A stretch of 64,000 bases of DNA from the NCBI GenBank assembly GCA_943787795.1, contig CALSNU010000006.1:352001-416000 (forward strand), read 5' to 3'. Shown piece after piece: positions 1 through 10,286 of the stretch. The notes under the pieces are model-generated. The model made no database searches. It was given only the letters and a program-made list of their open reading frames with translations, and was not told the origin of the DNA. Each line of letters begins with the position of its first letter. Within the stretch, counting starts at the first letter, position 1. Both the position numbers and the translations under genes were made by a program. The DNA comes from an uncultured bacterium. GTDB lineage: Bacteria; Planctomycetota; UBA1135; GCA-002686595.

Positions 1-1514
1 GCGAACGCCGCCATGGCGTCCAGGCGCCGCCCGAGGTTCAAGAGCGCCCCCAGGGCGGCGCGGCCACGGAGCGCCGCGACCTCGAGGTCCCGGGCGCCCT
101 CTGGATCCACCGGGGCGATGCTCCCGGCCCAGCCCACCGCCTCCGAGAACCAACCGGCCGCCAGCAGACGCTCCCCGACCTCGCGGCCTTCACGCTGACT
201 GGGGGCCCCGACGCCCAATGCTCGCACGGCCTCCATGAGCGCCAGGAGTTCGGGGTCGAGCGGCGCCCCCGCGTCGTCCTTGAGCTCCGAGGGGAGGTCC
301 GCGCACCAGGCATCGAGCACGCCCTCGAGCCCCGGGGGTGACTCGCCATCGGCGCCCCCGCCTCCCCCCTGAGGTCCTGCGTCCGACCGAGCGCCTCCTC
401 CCCCAGCGGACGCCAGCGGCCCCCGTGAGCCGAAGGCCTCGACCAGCAACGTCCGCCAGCCGGTGCCCTTGGTGACCGGCCGCGCGCCACGTCGAAAGGC
501 CTCCAGCAGCTCGGTGGCCGCGCGTCGGCTATCCCCCGAGAGGCGCGCCACGCCTTGCGCGAGGGCCAGCTCGATCTCCGCCCCCGAGATGAGCGGCTGG
601 CCCACCGCGAGGAGCGCCTCCACGAGGTCCAGTCGCTCTCGATCCGTGAGCCATGGGGACGCGATCCACTCCGTGGCCTGTGCCACCCCCTCCGTCTGCT
701 TCGCTCCCTCGGGACTCCCGAGCAGCAGCCGCGAGAGCAGCGATCCGACCATGGCCCGCTCCGGCTCTCGGAGGCTCAGTTCGCCAGTGACGGAGAGCGC
801 GACGCGCAACACCTCGATGGCCTCCACCTCCCGCTTGCTCGCGTCGAGATAGGTCCCCAGGGACCAGGCGAACAGCGCCACCTCCGAAGGGTCCCTCGAC
901 AAGGCCAGCGCCCGGCACCCGGCCGCGAGTGCCGCTTCCATCCGGAGGGCCCGTCGGGCGGCCCAGGCCTGGCCATGCCACGCCCAAGAGAAGCTGGGGT
1001 CTAGCGCTGCGGCTCGCTCGAACTGCGCCCTTGAACCCGATCCGCCGAGGCGCGCCGCCAGGTAGATCGCCCGGCTATCCTCCATCTCGGCGGCGGTCAG
1101 GTACGCGGCCAATCGATCCGGAAGTGTCAGGCTCGAGCGGTGATACCAGCGATCGAGGAAACGCTCGGGAGCCGCCCAGTCAGGGGCGAGGCGAGCTGCC
1201 AGCCGCGCCTGGTCCGCCGCGCGCTCGAATTCGACGCTGCCCATCGAGAAGCCGCTGGTCCGCGAGAGGGTCCACGCCTCAAGCATCGCGTCCGATGCGG
1301 CCTGGGGCACGGGCTCACGAGCCGTCACCGCCACTGGGGCGTGGCAGCCAGCAGCGACCAGTAGCGCCCCCGCCAGGAGCGCCGCCAGCCCCGGGCTGCG
1401 GGCCCAGCGGCTCCCGAAGACCCGCGGCTGCCCAGAGCGAAGGCCGACGCCGGACCCCGGCGCCGAGCGGGGGCTCCATTCCGCGGACCGCTCACGGACC
1501 TGTCGCGACGTCAC
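1..1514 (-). CDS. TPR-like repeat lipoprotein (partial, runs off the left edge)
   Basis: Not in the ORF track because no stop falls in the window. Manual translation from GTG 1514 gives ...LAALLAGALLVAAGC (lipobox-like), then helical TPR-like segments such as AQFERAAALDPSFSWAWHG; the same frame reads GALLNLGRRLDAMAAF at the window edge. Starts 4 nt after the ribD stop. Confidence 0.7.
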   Translation of the reverse strand, partial: MTSRQVRERSAEWSPRSAPGSGVGLRSGQPRVFGSRWARSPGLAALLAGALLVAAGCHAPVAVTAREPVPQAASDAMLEAWTLSRTSGFSMGSVEFERAADQARLAARLAPDWAAPERFLDRWYHRSSLTLPDRLAAYLTAAEMEDSRAIYLAARLGGSGSRAQFERAAALDPSFSWAWHGQAWAARRALRMEAALAAGCRALALSRDPSEVALFAWSLGTYLDASKREVEAIEVLRVALSVTGELSLREPERAMVGSLLSRLLLGSPEGAKQTEGVAQATEWIASPWLTDRERLDLVEALLAVGQPLISGAEIELALAQGVARLSGDSRRAATELLEAFRRGARPVTKGTGWRTLLVEAFGSRGPLASAGGGGARSDAGPQGGGGGADGESPPGLEGVLDAWCADLPSELKDDAGAPLDPELLALMEAVRALGVGAPSQREGREVGERLLAAGWFSEAVGWAGSIAPVDPEGARDLEVAALRGRAALGALLNLGRRLDAMAAF

Positions 1515-1518
1515 AGGC

Positions 1519-2745
1519 TCAGCCGTTGAAGGCCTCGAGGACGGCGTCCCCACCGGACTCCCGGTGGAGGCGCTCCGAGAGAGGGGCTTCCACCAGCCAA
1601 CCCGCGAGCGACTCGCCCTCTCCGCCGCGGACGTCTCCGGTGTAGACGCGCACCTGATCGACGAACCCTGCCTCCAGGGCGTTCCGAAGGAGCGTCGGGC
1701 CGCTCTCGAGCATGACCCGCTGGTAGCCCTGCTCCCAGAGCCACCCCCAGGCGGCGCGGAGATCGAGCGACTGCCGCTTCGCCCCGCGCGCGGTGTGAAT
1801 CTCAGCGCCCGCGGCTTCAAGGGCGCGCCTGCGGATGGGGTCCCCGCCGGGGAGCGTGAGGATCTGCACCTTGCCGCCACGCTCCGCGCCCTCCAGCTCG
1901 CTGAACAGACGGGCATCAGGCGGGGTCCGCAGCCAAGAGTCGAGAACCACCCGGGCAGGCGCCGGCGAGTCCAGGTCCGATGGGGCCACGCCAGCGCGAT
2001 CGATGCCCTCTCCAAGCGGGAGGGTCTGCAGAGGATCACCGGGCACCGGGATCGTTGCCCGGCGCAGGGTCAGGCGAGGGTCATCCGCGATCACGGTCCC
2101 GACGCCGGTGACGATGGCGTCGACCCGGCCGCGCAGGAACTGGACCTCCTCAAGAGAGGCGCCGCCGGAGATCCAGCGACCCTCTCCCACGCCCTTGGGC
2201 GGGGAGAGCTGCCCCGTCAGCGTCTGGGCCCACTTCGCGATCGTCCAGGGATGCGGGCGACGCAGCCTGTCACGGTCGGTCCAGCGAAGAAAGTGGGGAG
2301 CCACCAGGTCCAGGGGCGCCGGGATCGGGTCCACCGAGACCTCAACGCCCGCCTCCTGAAGCTGCTCCAGCCCCACGCCACGGTGTCGCAGGTCAGGGTC
2401 CGAGGCGCCGACGACCACCCGCTGGATTCCCGCCTCCAGGATCGCCTGTACGCAGGGCCCGGTCTTCCCCGCAGAGCTGCAGGGCTCGAGCGTGACCACC
2501 ATGGTGTCCCACTGATCCCGGGGCACGCCGCTCTCATCTGCCCGCGCGATGGCGTCCACCTCGGCGTGGGGACCGCCCCAGACCCGATGGAAGCCTCGGC
2601 TGATCACCTTCCCGTTCGCGAGGATCGCAGCGCCCACGCACGGGTTGGGGGCCACCTCGAATCGGAACCGGCGGGCTTCCTCACCGAGGCCAGCGAGGAG
2701 CTCGCGGGCCTGGGCGGGGTCGATGGAAGGGGTCACTCCGTTCAT
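1519..2745 (-). CDS. ribD: Bifunctional diaminohydroxyphosphoribosylaminopyrimidine deaminase / 5-amino-6-(5-phosphoribosylamino)uracil reductase
   Basis: PNPCVGA, HAE and TLEPCS...PC zinc deaminase motifs, then the reductase motifs [13 protein letters not shown] and LESGPTL. Start set at ATG 2745 (GTG 2736 is an alternative). Confidence 0.95.
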   Translation of the reverse strand: MNGVTPSIDPAQARELLAGLGEEARRFRFEVAPNPCVGAAILANGKVISRGFHRVWGGPHAEVDAIARADESGVPRDQWDTMVVTLEPCSSAGKTGPCVQAILEAGIQRVVVGASDPDLRHRGVGLEQLQEAGVEVSVDPIPAPLDLVAPHFLRWTDRDRLRRPHPWTIAKWAQTLTGQLSPPKGVGEGRWISGGASLEEVQFLRGRVDAIVTGVGTVIADDPRLTLRRATIPVPGDPLQTLPLGEGIDRAGVAPSDLDSPAPARVVLDSWLRTPPDARLFSELEGAERGGKVQILTLPGGDPIRRRALEAAGAEIHTARGAKRQSLDLRAAWGWLWEQGYQRVMLESGPTLLRNALEAGFVDQVRVYTGDVRGGEGESLAGWLVEAPLSERLHRESGGDAVLEAFNG

Positions 2746-2992
2746 GGCTTCGAGCGCACGGCTCTGCCCTGATCGTAGACCACCCGACGCGACATCCGAG
2801 CGGATCTCCAGCGTTCCATCGGAGCCAGAGGGCCGCCACCGCGCGTGTTTCCGGGATCGCGCTGCCCATGGGGCCGGACGGTCGGCAGACTTCTTGCCCT
2901 TGAATCCTCTCCTGGGGCCACCGGACGGGCCGCAAGCCGCTCCCCCAGGGTGTCCCCAATTGACGCGCGCGAAGCCAGCCCCACATCGATCC

Positions 2993-3988
2993 ATGTCTAA
3001 GAAGCCCATCCACGTCGCCGTCACCGGAGCGGCCGGTCAGATTGGTTACGCCCTGCTCCCCCGCATCGCCAGCGGACAGATGTTCGGGCCCGACCAGCCG
3101 GTCGTGCTCCGGATGATCGAGATCCCGCACGAGAAGGCCATGTCGGCGCTCTCGGGGGTCGCCATGGAGCTCGAGGACTGCGCCTTCCCGCTGCTGCAGG
3201 ACATGGTGCTGACGAGCGACCTCGACGAGGGCTTCAAGGACGCCAACTGGGCGCTGCTCGTGGGCGCCAAGCCGCGCGGCGCTGGCATGGAGCGTGGCGA
3301 CCTCATCAAGGAGAACGGCCCGATCTTCGTCGGGCAGGGCAAGGCCATCAACGACCACTCCTCGGACGACGTCCGCGTGGCCGTTGTTGGGAACCCCTGC
3401 AACACGAACGCGCTGATCGCCATGCACGCCGCGGCCGACGTGCCGAACGAGCGCTTCACCGCCATGACGCGCCTTGACCAGAACCGCGCGCAGAACCAGC
3501 TGGCCCGCAAGGCCGGGGTCGCCATCGACCAGGTCGAGAACATGCTCATCTGGGGCAACCACTCGGCCACGCAGGTCCCTGACTTCCGTAACACGACCAT
3601 CGGCGGCAAGCCCGCCCACGAGGTCATCACCGACCACGAGTGGCTCAAGGGCGACTTCTTCACCACCGTCCAGAAGCGAGGCGCAGCGATCATCGCCGCC
3701 CGCGGCCTCTCCAGCGCCGCCTCAGCGGCGAACGGCCTCATCGACCACGTCCGGGACCTTGTCGAGGCCACGCCCGACGGGCACTGGAACTCGGTGTGTG
3801 TCCCCTCGGACGGCAGCTACGGCGTGGCCGAGGGACTGATCTCGTCCTTCCCCGTCCGCAGCGACGGCGCGGGCGGCTACGAGATCGTTCAGGGCCTTGA
3901 CCTCGACGCCTTCCTGACCGAGAAGATCGCGGCCAGCGTCGCCGAGCTGCAGGGTGAGCGCGAGACGGTCTCTGACCTTCTCGGCTGA
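2993..3988 (+). CDS. mdh: Malate dehydrogenase
   Basis: [43 protein letters not shown] and IWGNHS motifs; ATG at 2993. Confidence 0.97.
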   Translation: MSKKPIHVAVTGAAGQIGYALLPRIASGQMFGPDQPVVLRMIEIPHEKAMSALSGVAMELEDCAFPLLQDMVLTSDLDEGFKDANWALLVGAKPRGAGMERGDLIKENGPIFVGQGKAINDHSSDDVRVAVVGNPCNTNALIAMHAAADVPNERFTAMTRLDQNRAQNQLARKAGVAIDQVENMLIWGNHSATQVPDFRNTTIGGKPAHEVITDHEWLKGDFFTTVQKRGAAIIAARGLSSAASAANGLIDHVRDLVEATPDGHWNSVCVPSDGSYGVAEGLISSFPVRSDGAGGYEIVQGLDLDAFLTEKIAASVAELQGERETVSDLLG

Positions 3989-4003
3989 TCCTCGCAGCTG
4001 CCC

Positions 4004-4105
4004 CTGACAGCTGGCACTGAAGGCTGGCACTGACAGCTGGCTCTCCCTGCTGGCTTTCCCTGCTGGCTCTCCCTGCTGGTGCTCCCTGCTGGCGCTCCCT
4101 GCTGG
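4004..4105. repeat. Degenerate 13-bp tandem repeat (CTGACAGCTGGCA-like x3, then CTCTCCCTGCTGG-like x5)
   Basis: Read directly in the sequence just downstream of the mdh stop. Confidence 0.85.
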
Positions 4106-4182
4106 GCAGATCGAACCGCCGGCTCCATGCACTGGCACGAGGCCCTCACAGGGGCCCGTGCGTCCTGACAAAGATCCACGCC

Positions 4183-4842
4183 ATGAATCAGCACGACCAG
4201 GCCACCGAGGGCCCCGCGAGCATCAACCCCCGGTCTGCGGGCTGCATCCTTACCGCGGTGGCCGTCGTCGCCGCGGTCGTGGCCGCTTGGCTCGGAATGC
4301 GACTGCTGAAGGCCTCATCCGGCGACATGGCCCTGGCCGCAGCGCGGAACGGCGTCGCGACCTCCGGCCTGCAGACGGAGACCTGCACGCTCCTCGAGGC
4401 GCAGCTGGCCAGGGTTGAAGCCGCCCACCGCGATGAGCAGCTCTCGCCAGCCGAGGTCATCTCCGCCGTGAATGGCCTGCTCCAGACCCCGGCCCTCCCG
4501 GCGCTCCGACTGCGCCAGATCCTCCGCGTGGATCTCCCGGCGTCGACCCTCCCCGAGGCCCAGCGGGCAGAGGTGGGCGAGGCACTCGCCAACCTCTGGA
4601 GCGGACTCCTCCTGGAGGATGTCACCGCCGGCCAGGTCAGCGGCGCCCTCGGCCTCTCACCCGTGCCCGAGGGCCAGGTGGCCCCTCCCCTGGGCGACGA
4701 GGAGCTGCTCGGCATCCGGGCGCGCGCGCTGGAGGTCCGCCCCGAGCCGTGGGTGGGGAGCCTTGAGGGCTTCCGCCCGCTGCCGGATCCGGTGGAGGAC
4801 TTCCGCGCGCACGTGGACGCCATCCTGGCGTCGGACGGCTGA
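4183..4842 (+). CDS. Hypothetical membrane-anchored protein
   Basis: N-terminal hydrophobic helix (GCILTAVAVVAAVVAAWLG); co-oriented with the downstream SGNH/MBOAT genes. Confidence 0.65.
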   Translation: MNQHDQATEGPASINPRSAGCILTAVAVVAAVVAAWLGMRLLKASSGDMALAAARNGVATSGLQTETCTLLEAQLARVEAAHRDEQLSPAEVISAVNGLLQTPALPALRLRQILRVDLPASTLPEAQRAEVGEALANLWSGLLLEDVTAGQVSGALGLSPVPEGQVAPPLGDEELLGIRARALEVRPEPWVGSLEGFRPLPDPVEDFRAHVDAILASDG

Positions 4843-4895
4843 GTCCAGCGGGCGGCGCTTCGGACTCGACCCGGGGGGAGCTATCCTGGGGACTC

Positions 4896-5996
4896 ATGCG
4901 CTCCCTGCTCCCCGTGCTGACCTTCGGCGTCGGCCTCGTCGCCGTGAATCAGGCGATGGTCGCCCTGGCGCCGCTCCCGTCCGCCGCGGGGCTGCGGTCC
5001 AAGGTGGAGTTCGCCGTCGAGCACGCCGACGACTACGACGTCCTGTTCGTCGGATCGAGCGCCACCATGTACGGGCTACGGCCCGAGATCTTCAGCGAGG
5101 AACTGGAGCGCCTCGGTCACCCTGGAGTGCGCGCCTTCAACCTCGGCGTCGGTGGCATGGGGAGCTTCGAAGCCGCGCATGTCCTCAGGCGCGTCCTCGA
5201 AGAGAACCCCGCTCGACTCGCCTGGGTGCTCTACGAGGAGCCACTCTTCGACCCGCTCCTCTGGTACCCGGACGTCCACAACCCCCGCTACGTGCACTGG
5301 CACGATGGGCGCTCCACCCTCGACGCCATCGACGCGCTGCCCCTGGTGGACGCGCCACCTGGATACAAGGAGGCCGAGTACGCAGGCGACTGGCTCGGGC
5401 GCTTCGACTGGCGACTGGCGGTGGCCAAGGAGCACCTCGACCTCTGGTTCTGGCGCGCCTCCGCCCTCGGCCGCGGCCCCGAGATGACCGACGAACTCCT
5501 GGGACAGGGCGCGGCTCTTCTGCCTAGCCAGGGCGACCTCGAGGGTCACGACGGGTGGGTGAACATCGGGCAGGATGCGCAGCCGGGCGTCCGCGAGGCT
5601 CACGAGCGCTTCCTGGAGAGACGCGGCGAGTGGGCCCAGCGCCTCGCCGACATCAAGGCGACCGAGGCGGCCTCAGGCGACCTCGACGGCGGCTATGACC
5701 TTCCCTCGCTGGAGGCTCTGCTCGCAGACATCCGCGGCGCAGGAGCGGAGCCGCTCCTCTATGTGGCCCCCAGAGGCCTCGCGAGCCCTCAGATGGCCGC
5801 CCTCGCCGCCCGCGGCACCGCCGGTGAGGTGCTCCGCTTCCACCTGCCCGACCGCTACCCCGAGCTCAATCCGATCGACCTGCGCTGGGACTTCAGCCAC
5901 CTCAACGCCGAGGGCGCCGAGGTCTGGTCCAGGCTCTTCGCGCGGGAGTTCGCGCGGATTCTTGAGGCGAAGGGGGCCGCTGCGCGCAAGCGCTGA
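4896..5996 (+). CDS. SGNH-like hydrolase/acyltransferase (AlgJ/PatB-type partner of MBOAT)
   Basis: N-terminal anchor; DVLFVGSS (block I), FNLGVGG (block II) and C-terminal DFSHLN (DxxH); sits 7 nt upstream of the MBOAT gene. Confidence 0.75.
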   Translation: MRSLLPVLTFGVGLVAVNQAMVALAPLPSAAGLRSKVEFAVEHADDYDVLFVGSSATMYGLRPEIFSEELERLGHPGVRAFNLGVGGMGSFEAAHVLRRVLEENPARLAWVLYEEPLFDPLLWYPDVHNPRYVHWHDGRSTLDAIDALPLVDAPPGYKEAEYAGDWLGRFDWRLAVAKEHLDLWFWRASALGRGPEMTDELLGQGAALLPSQGDLEGHDGWVNIGQDAQPGVREAHERFLERRGEWAQRLADIKATEAASGDLDGGYDLPSLEALLADIRGAGAEPLLYVAPRGLASPQMAALAARGTAGEVLRFHLPDRYPELNPIDLRWDFSHLNAEGAEVWSRLFAREFARILEAKGAAARKR

Positions 5997-6003
5997 CCCC
6001 ACC

Positions 6004-7407
6004 GTGCTCTTCGTGGAGTTCCGCTTCCTGGCCTTCTTCGGCCTCGTCCTCGCCATCAGCTGGGCCCTGCGCCGCAACGGCGCCAGGAAGGCCTTCCTCC
6101 TTCTCGCGAGCTACGCCTTCTACGCCGCGTGGGACTGGCGCTTCCTGGGGCTGATCCTCCTTTCCACCGCTGTGGACGGCGTGGCCGGTCGACGGATCCA
6201 CGAGGCAGGCGAGGACAAGGCGCGGCGGCGAGCCTGGCTCGGCCTGAGCCTGGTGGTGAACCTGGGCGTCCTGTTCACCTACAAGTACTTCGACTTCTTC
6301 GCGGGCTCCCTCAACGCCCTGCTGACCTGGCTGGGCGTCGGGTCGAGCCTGCCCGTGCTGGAACTCGTGCTCCCCGTGGGCATCAGCTTCTACACGTTTC
6401 AGACCCTCTCGTACTCCATCGACATCTACAGGCGGCAGCTCACTCCGGCGGAGCATCCCCTGGACCTCGCCCTGTTCGTCGCGTTCTTCCCCCAGCTCGT
6501 GGCGGGCCCCATCGTCCTCGCCAAGGAGTTCCTGCCTCAACTCACCCAGCAGGCGCGCTGGAGCTCCGTCAACGCACGCGCCGCCCTCGTCCTGTTCTTC
6601 GTGGGCTTCGTGAAGAAGTCCTGCTTCTCCGACGCACTGAGCCCCTACGTGGACGCCGTCCAGCTCGCCCCGGACGCCGTCAGCACGGCCGGCGCCTGGA
6701 TCAGCGCCGCCGCCTTTGCGGCGCAGATCTACTGCGACTTCTCCGGGTATACGGACATGGCCATCGCCTGCGCCGCACTCCTCGGCTACACGCTCCCGAC
6801 CAACTTCCGGGCGCCCTATCTCACGCGCAGTGTCGGGAGCTTCTGGACCCACTGGCATATCACCCTGGGCCGGTGGTTCCGCGAGTACCTGTACTTCCCC
6901 CTCGGAGGGAACCGGCGTGGTCCGGCGCGCAGCGCCCTGAACATCTTCATCGTCTTCCTCGTCTCCGGCCTCTGGCACGGCGCCGCATGGACCTTCGTCC
7001 TGTGGGGCTCGATCCACGGCACCTTCGTGGCCCTCGAGCGCACGCGCCTCGGCCGTCCGCTCGCACGACTCCCGATGATCCCGGCCCTGCTCTACGTCAA
7101 CCTCGTCTGGATGGTCAGCATGGTCATCTTCCGCGCGCCGGACCTCGACGGGGCCGCCGCGCTGCTCCGATCCATGTTCACCGGCGCGCCCGCGCTCGCG
7201 GACGACCTGGTGCCGATCCCCACCTGGATCGGACCGAGCCTCGCGGGCGCCTTCGCCATCCACGTGCTGTGGCAGCGCCTTGAGCTCTCTCGGCGCTGGG
7301 CGGCCCTGCCCGCGCCCCTCTTCGGGCTGACCCTCGGCGCGGCCGTGGCCCTGGCCCTGCCCTGGGTCACCGCGAACCCGGCTCCCTACATCTACTTCGC
7401 CTTCTGA
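6004..7407 (+). CDS. MBOAT family O-acyltransferase (AlgI/PatA/DltB-like)
   Basis: LPVGISFYTFQTLSY, FFPQLVAGPI, IYCDFSGYTDMA and SGLWHGAAWTF motifs; GTG start at 6004. Confidence 0.93.
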   Translation: MLFVEFRFLAFFGLVLAISWALRRNGARKAFLLLASYAFYAAWDWRFLGLILLSTAVDGVAGRRIHEAGEDKARRRAWLGLSLVVNLGVLFTYKYFDFFAGSLNALLTWLGVGSSLPVLELVLPVGISFYTFQTLSYSIDIYRRQLTPAEHPLDLALFVAFFPQLVAGPIVLAKEFLPQLTQQARWSSVNARAALVLFFVGFVKKSCFSDALSPYVDAVQLAPDAVSTAGAWISAAAFAAQIYCDFSGYTDMAIACAALLGYTLPTNFRAPYLTRSVGSFWTHWHITLGRWFREYLYFPLGGNRRGPARSALNIFIVFLVSGLWHGAAWTFVLWGSIHGTFVALERTRLGRPLARLPMIPALLYVNLVWMVSMVIFRAPDLDGAAALLRSMFTGAPALADDLVPIPTWIGPSLAGAFAIHVLWQRLELSRRWAALPAPLFGLTLGAAVALALPWVTANPAPYIYFAF

Positions 7408-7416
7408 GCCGCGGGG

Positions 7417-7620
7417 CGCCCTATCGCCCTATCGCCCTATCGCCCTGTCGCCCTGTCGCCCTGTCGCCCTGTTGCCCGGTGACCCGGTGGCCCGGTGGCC
7501 CGGTCTCCCTGTCGCCCGGTCTCCCTGCCTTCCGGAAGCTTGCTGTCCCGGTCGCCAGGTCGCTCGTTCCCCGGTGACTCCGTGGCTCCGAAGCTTCGTG
7601 GCTCCGTGGCTCCGTGGCTC
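7417..7620. repeat. 8-bp-period tandem repeats (CGCCCTAT x3, CGCCCTGT x4, degenerate GGCCCGGT units, then CTCCGTGG units)
   Basis: Read directly in the gap between the convergent MBOAT and miaB genes. Confidence 0.85.
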
Positions 7621-7692
7621 AGGCTCTTCCCGAAGACGGGCTGCGGGACCGCGGGGTCCGCCCGCGCCGCGGGCCGCCTCGACGCATCAGAA

Positions 7693-9156
7693 TCAGTCGA
7701 CGGGGAGCTCGTCGAGGCGGGCCGACATCCCGTAAGAGGTCGTCTCGTCCACGGTGGCGTGAACGTGCGTCCCGACCAGGGCGCTGGCCCCCTTGAAGGA
7801 GACCGGCATCCCCCAGGGGGTCTTACCCAGGAGCATGCGCTCGTCTCGCTCGGAGGTGGACTCAACGAACACGGGCACCGACTGGCCAACGTAGCGCTGC
7901 AGGCGGAGCCGCTGCGTCCGCTCTGAGATGCGCAGCAAGCGCTGGTTCCGCTCCTTCTTCACGGCCTCGGCGATGTCGTCGACGAGTCGCTCATCCGCGC
8001 GCGTCGAGGGGCGCGGGTCGTACTTGAAGACGTAGTTGACGAGGAAGCCCTGCTCCTCGAGGAAGCGCTCGGAGCCCTCGAAGTCCTCGTCCGTCTCACC
8101 GCAGAAGCCGACGATCCAGTCGCTCCCGAGCTCGATGTCCGGGACGATCTCCCGCAGGAGATCGGCGCGGCGCCGGTACAGGTCCAGCGTATACCCGCGC
8201 TTCATGCGCTTGAGGACCTCGTCCGACCCCGCCTGCGCGGGGAGGGGCAGGAAGCGCTCGACCTTGTCGTAGTCGCGGATGGCCTCGGCGAAGGGTCGGG
8301 TCACGTAGCTCGGGTGGAGGGTGATGAGCCGGATGCGCTCCAGCCCCTCGACGCCCTGTAGCCGCTCGAGCAGGTCCGCGAGGCTCGGCCGGCCCTGGCG
8401 GCCACGCATCGCAGGGGCTCCGGGGTCCGGCCGCCCCATGTCCTCGCCGTAGCTGTTGATCGTCTGCCCCAGAAGGGTCAGCACCTGGACCCCCTGACTC
8501 GCGTACCACTCGGCCTCGCGGACCAGCTCGTCGATGGGCCTGGAGCGCACGCGCCCTCGCGTCGTCGGCACGATGCAGTAGGTGCAGTTGAGGTCGCAGC
8601 CCCGCATGACCGCGAGGTAGGCGTGACGCCCGCCGGCATACTCCTCACCGGCGCGGTCCACGACCACGTCCTCGGACATGTCGGTGGCGAGCAGCTGGCG
8701 CTCCCGGCGGGCGAACCGGTCCGGCGCCTGGCGGCGCTCCTGGAGCTCCTGGACCATCTTCGGCAGCAGGTGAAACTGGCGCGTCCCCGCCACGAGATCC
8801 ACGTGGCCCGCCCGCTTGAAGACCTCCTCCTCGACGCGCTGGGCCATGCAGCCCATGACGCCCACGACGAGGTCAGGGCGCTGCTCCTTGGCGCGCTTGA
8901 GCTCGCCCACCCAGGACCACGTCCGCTCCTCGGCGTGATCGCGGACCGAGCAGGTGTTGAAGAGCACAACGTCCGCCTCCTCCATCTCCCCGGTGGTCTG
9001 GTAGCCCTCCTTGAGGAAGCGGCCCTCCACCAGCTCCGAGTCGTACTTGTTCATCTGGCACCCGAAGGTGACGACGTGGAGCTTGGGGGCCTCCGGATCA
9101 GCCCCGTCGGGGCCATCCTCGGCGCTGGGTCGTGACTGGTGGCGGGTGATGGACAT
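7693..9156 (-). CDS. miaB: tRNA-2-methylthio-N6-dimethylallyladenosine synthase
   Basis: TFGCQMNKYDS, NTCSVR and GCMAQ in the MTTase N-terminal domain; radical SAM CDLNCTYC; C-terminal TRAM-like domain; ATG at 9156. Confidence 0.95.
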   Translation of the reverse strand: MSITRHQSRPSAEDGPDGADPEAPKLHVVTFGCQMNKYDSELVEGRFLKEGYQTTGEMEEADVVLFNTCSVRDHAEERTWSWVGELKRAKEQRPDLVVGVMGCMAQRVEEEVFKRAGHVDLVAGTRQFHLLPKMVQELQERRQAPDRFARRERQLLATDMSEDVVVDRAGEEYAGGRHAYLAVMRGCDLNCTYCIVPTTRGRVRSRPIDELVREAEWYASQGVQVLTLLGQTINSYGEDMGRPDPGAPAMRGRQGRPSLADLLERLQGVEGLERIRLITLHPSYVTRPFAEAIRDYDKVERFLPLPAQAGSDEVLKRMKRGYTLDLYRRRADLLREIVPDIELGSDWIVGFCGETDEDFEGSERFLEEQGFLVNYVFKYDPRPSTRADERLVDDIAEAVKKERNQRLLRISERTQRLRLQRYVGQSVPVFVESTSERDERMLLGKTPWGMPVSFKGASALVGTHVHATVDETTSYGMSARLDELPVD

Positions 9157-9436
9157 GGTCGGCGGGAATGATGCCAGCAACGGCGCCCGAGCGCATGCTC
9201 CCAGGCCCCATCGCCGCCAAGGAGAGGTCGCCTCGGGGGTGACCTGATCCGGAGACAGCTGTCCCATCAAGGGGACCGCTGTCTGGCTGACCCCGTCTGA
9301 CCGCACGCCGTGTGCCCCAGTGGGTGCCCCCGTGGGAGTCCTAGAGGGAGCCCCCCGGGGCCCTGGCACGGCCCTTGCCTCGGGAGGTGAGTCCGGCGCC
9401 ACGGCGCCAAGGCCCCACCCTCCTGGAGGTGACCCC

Positions 9437-10045
9437 ATGCAACAACCCCTGCCCCTGCTCCGCCTGATGCCGATCGGGCTCGCTCTCGCTCTGGCCCCCG
9501 CCTGCGACAACGTCCACGTCGGGCACACGCTCCCCGGCCCCGACTCTTTCGTGGAGCTGGAGCCGAACGACACGCCGGGCCTCGCGGATTTCGTCGCGAT
9601 CACGGATTCGGCCACCTTCCTCACCGTCGAAGGTCACGTCCAGGCCATCGGCTTCGACGTCGTGGACCACATCGAGTTCGAGGCCTGTGAACCCATGGAG
9701 CTTCGCTTCTACCTGGAGGCTCACGCGCCGTTCGGAGACGTCGACGTCTCGATCTACGACCCCATCGATCAGGTCATCCTCGGCACTTATGCCTCAGGAG
9801 GGCCCACCGAGGTTGGGACGCTCCTGATCCACGAGCCCGGCCGTCCCTTCCAGTTTGTGATCGATGCGTTCATCGAGGACACCTCCTGGTGCCTGCAGCT
9901 GGAGGGGTTCCCTGCCCTCCTCGGCGCCAGCGCTCCGTCCACGCTGAAGCGGGCTCCGAGGGTCCTGAGCAGTACCGCCCCCGAAGCGGAGCCCAGGCGG
10001 CCCCCGATCGAGACGGATGCGCCGCCCCTGGAGCTCGAGATGTGA
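9437..10045 (+). CDS. Putative lipoprotein with a PPC-like beta domain
   Basis: GGAGG RBS upstream; lipobox-like LAPAC; ELEPNDT and DVDVSIYD motifs typical of pre-peptidase C-terminal-like domains. Confidence 0.65.
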   Translation: MQQPLPLLRLMPIGLALALAPACDNVHVGHTLPGPDSFVELEPNDTPGLADFVAITDSATFLTVEGHVQAIGFDVVDHIEFEACEPMELRFYLEAHAPFGDVDVSIYDPIDQVILGTYASGGPTEVGTLLIHEPGRPFQFVIDAFIEDTSWCLQLEGFPALLGASAPSTLKRAPRVLSSTAPEAEPRRPPIETDAPPLELEM

Positions 10046-10286
10046 CCCCCAGATCATCGCCGCGGCGACCTCCAGGCTCCCCCAAGCGGCAGGCTCGCCG
10101 GTCGACCCGGCGGTAGGCACGGGCTCAACATGAGGCCCCAACGCTGCCCCACTTCGATAACGAGACCGCACCACGGCGCCCCGCCCTTGCTGCCAGCGCA
10201 GCAAGGGCGGGGCGCGCCCGTCCTGTTACGGAGCACGCGCCGAATTGGCTACGACCGCCCCCCAGAGGAGCGGGGTACTTTTTGGG

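Noticed and set aside
4004..4105. Short repeat arrays here and at 7417, 25555, 25782, 58862 and 61352 as CRISPR arrays
   Set aside because: Units are 8-17 bp, contiguous and have no unique spacers; there are no cas genes in the window.
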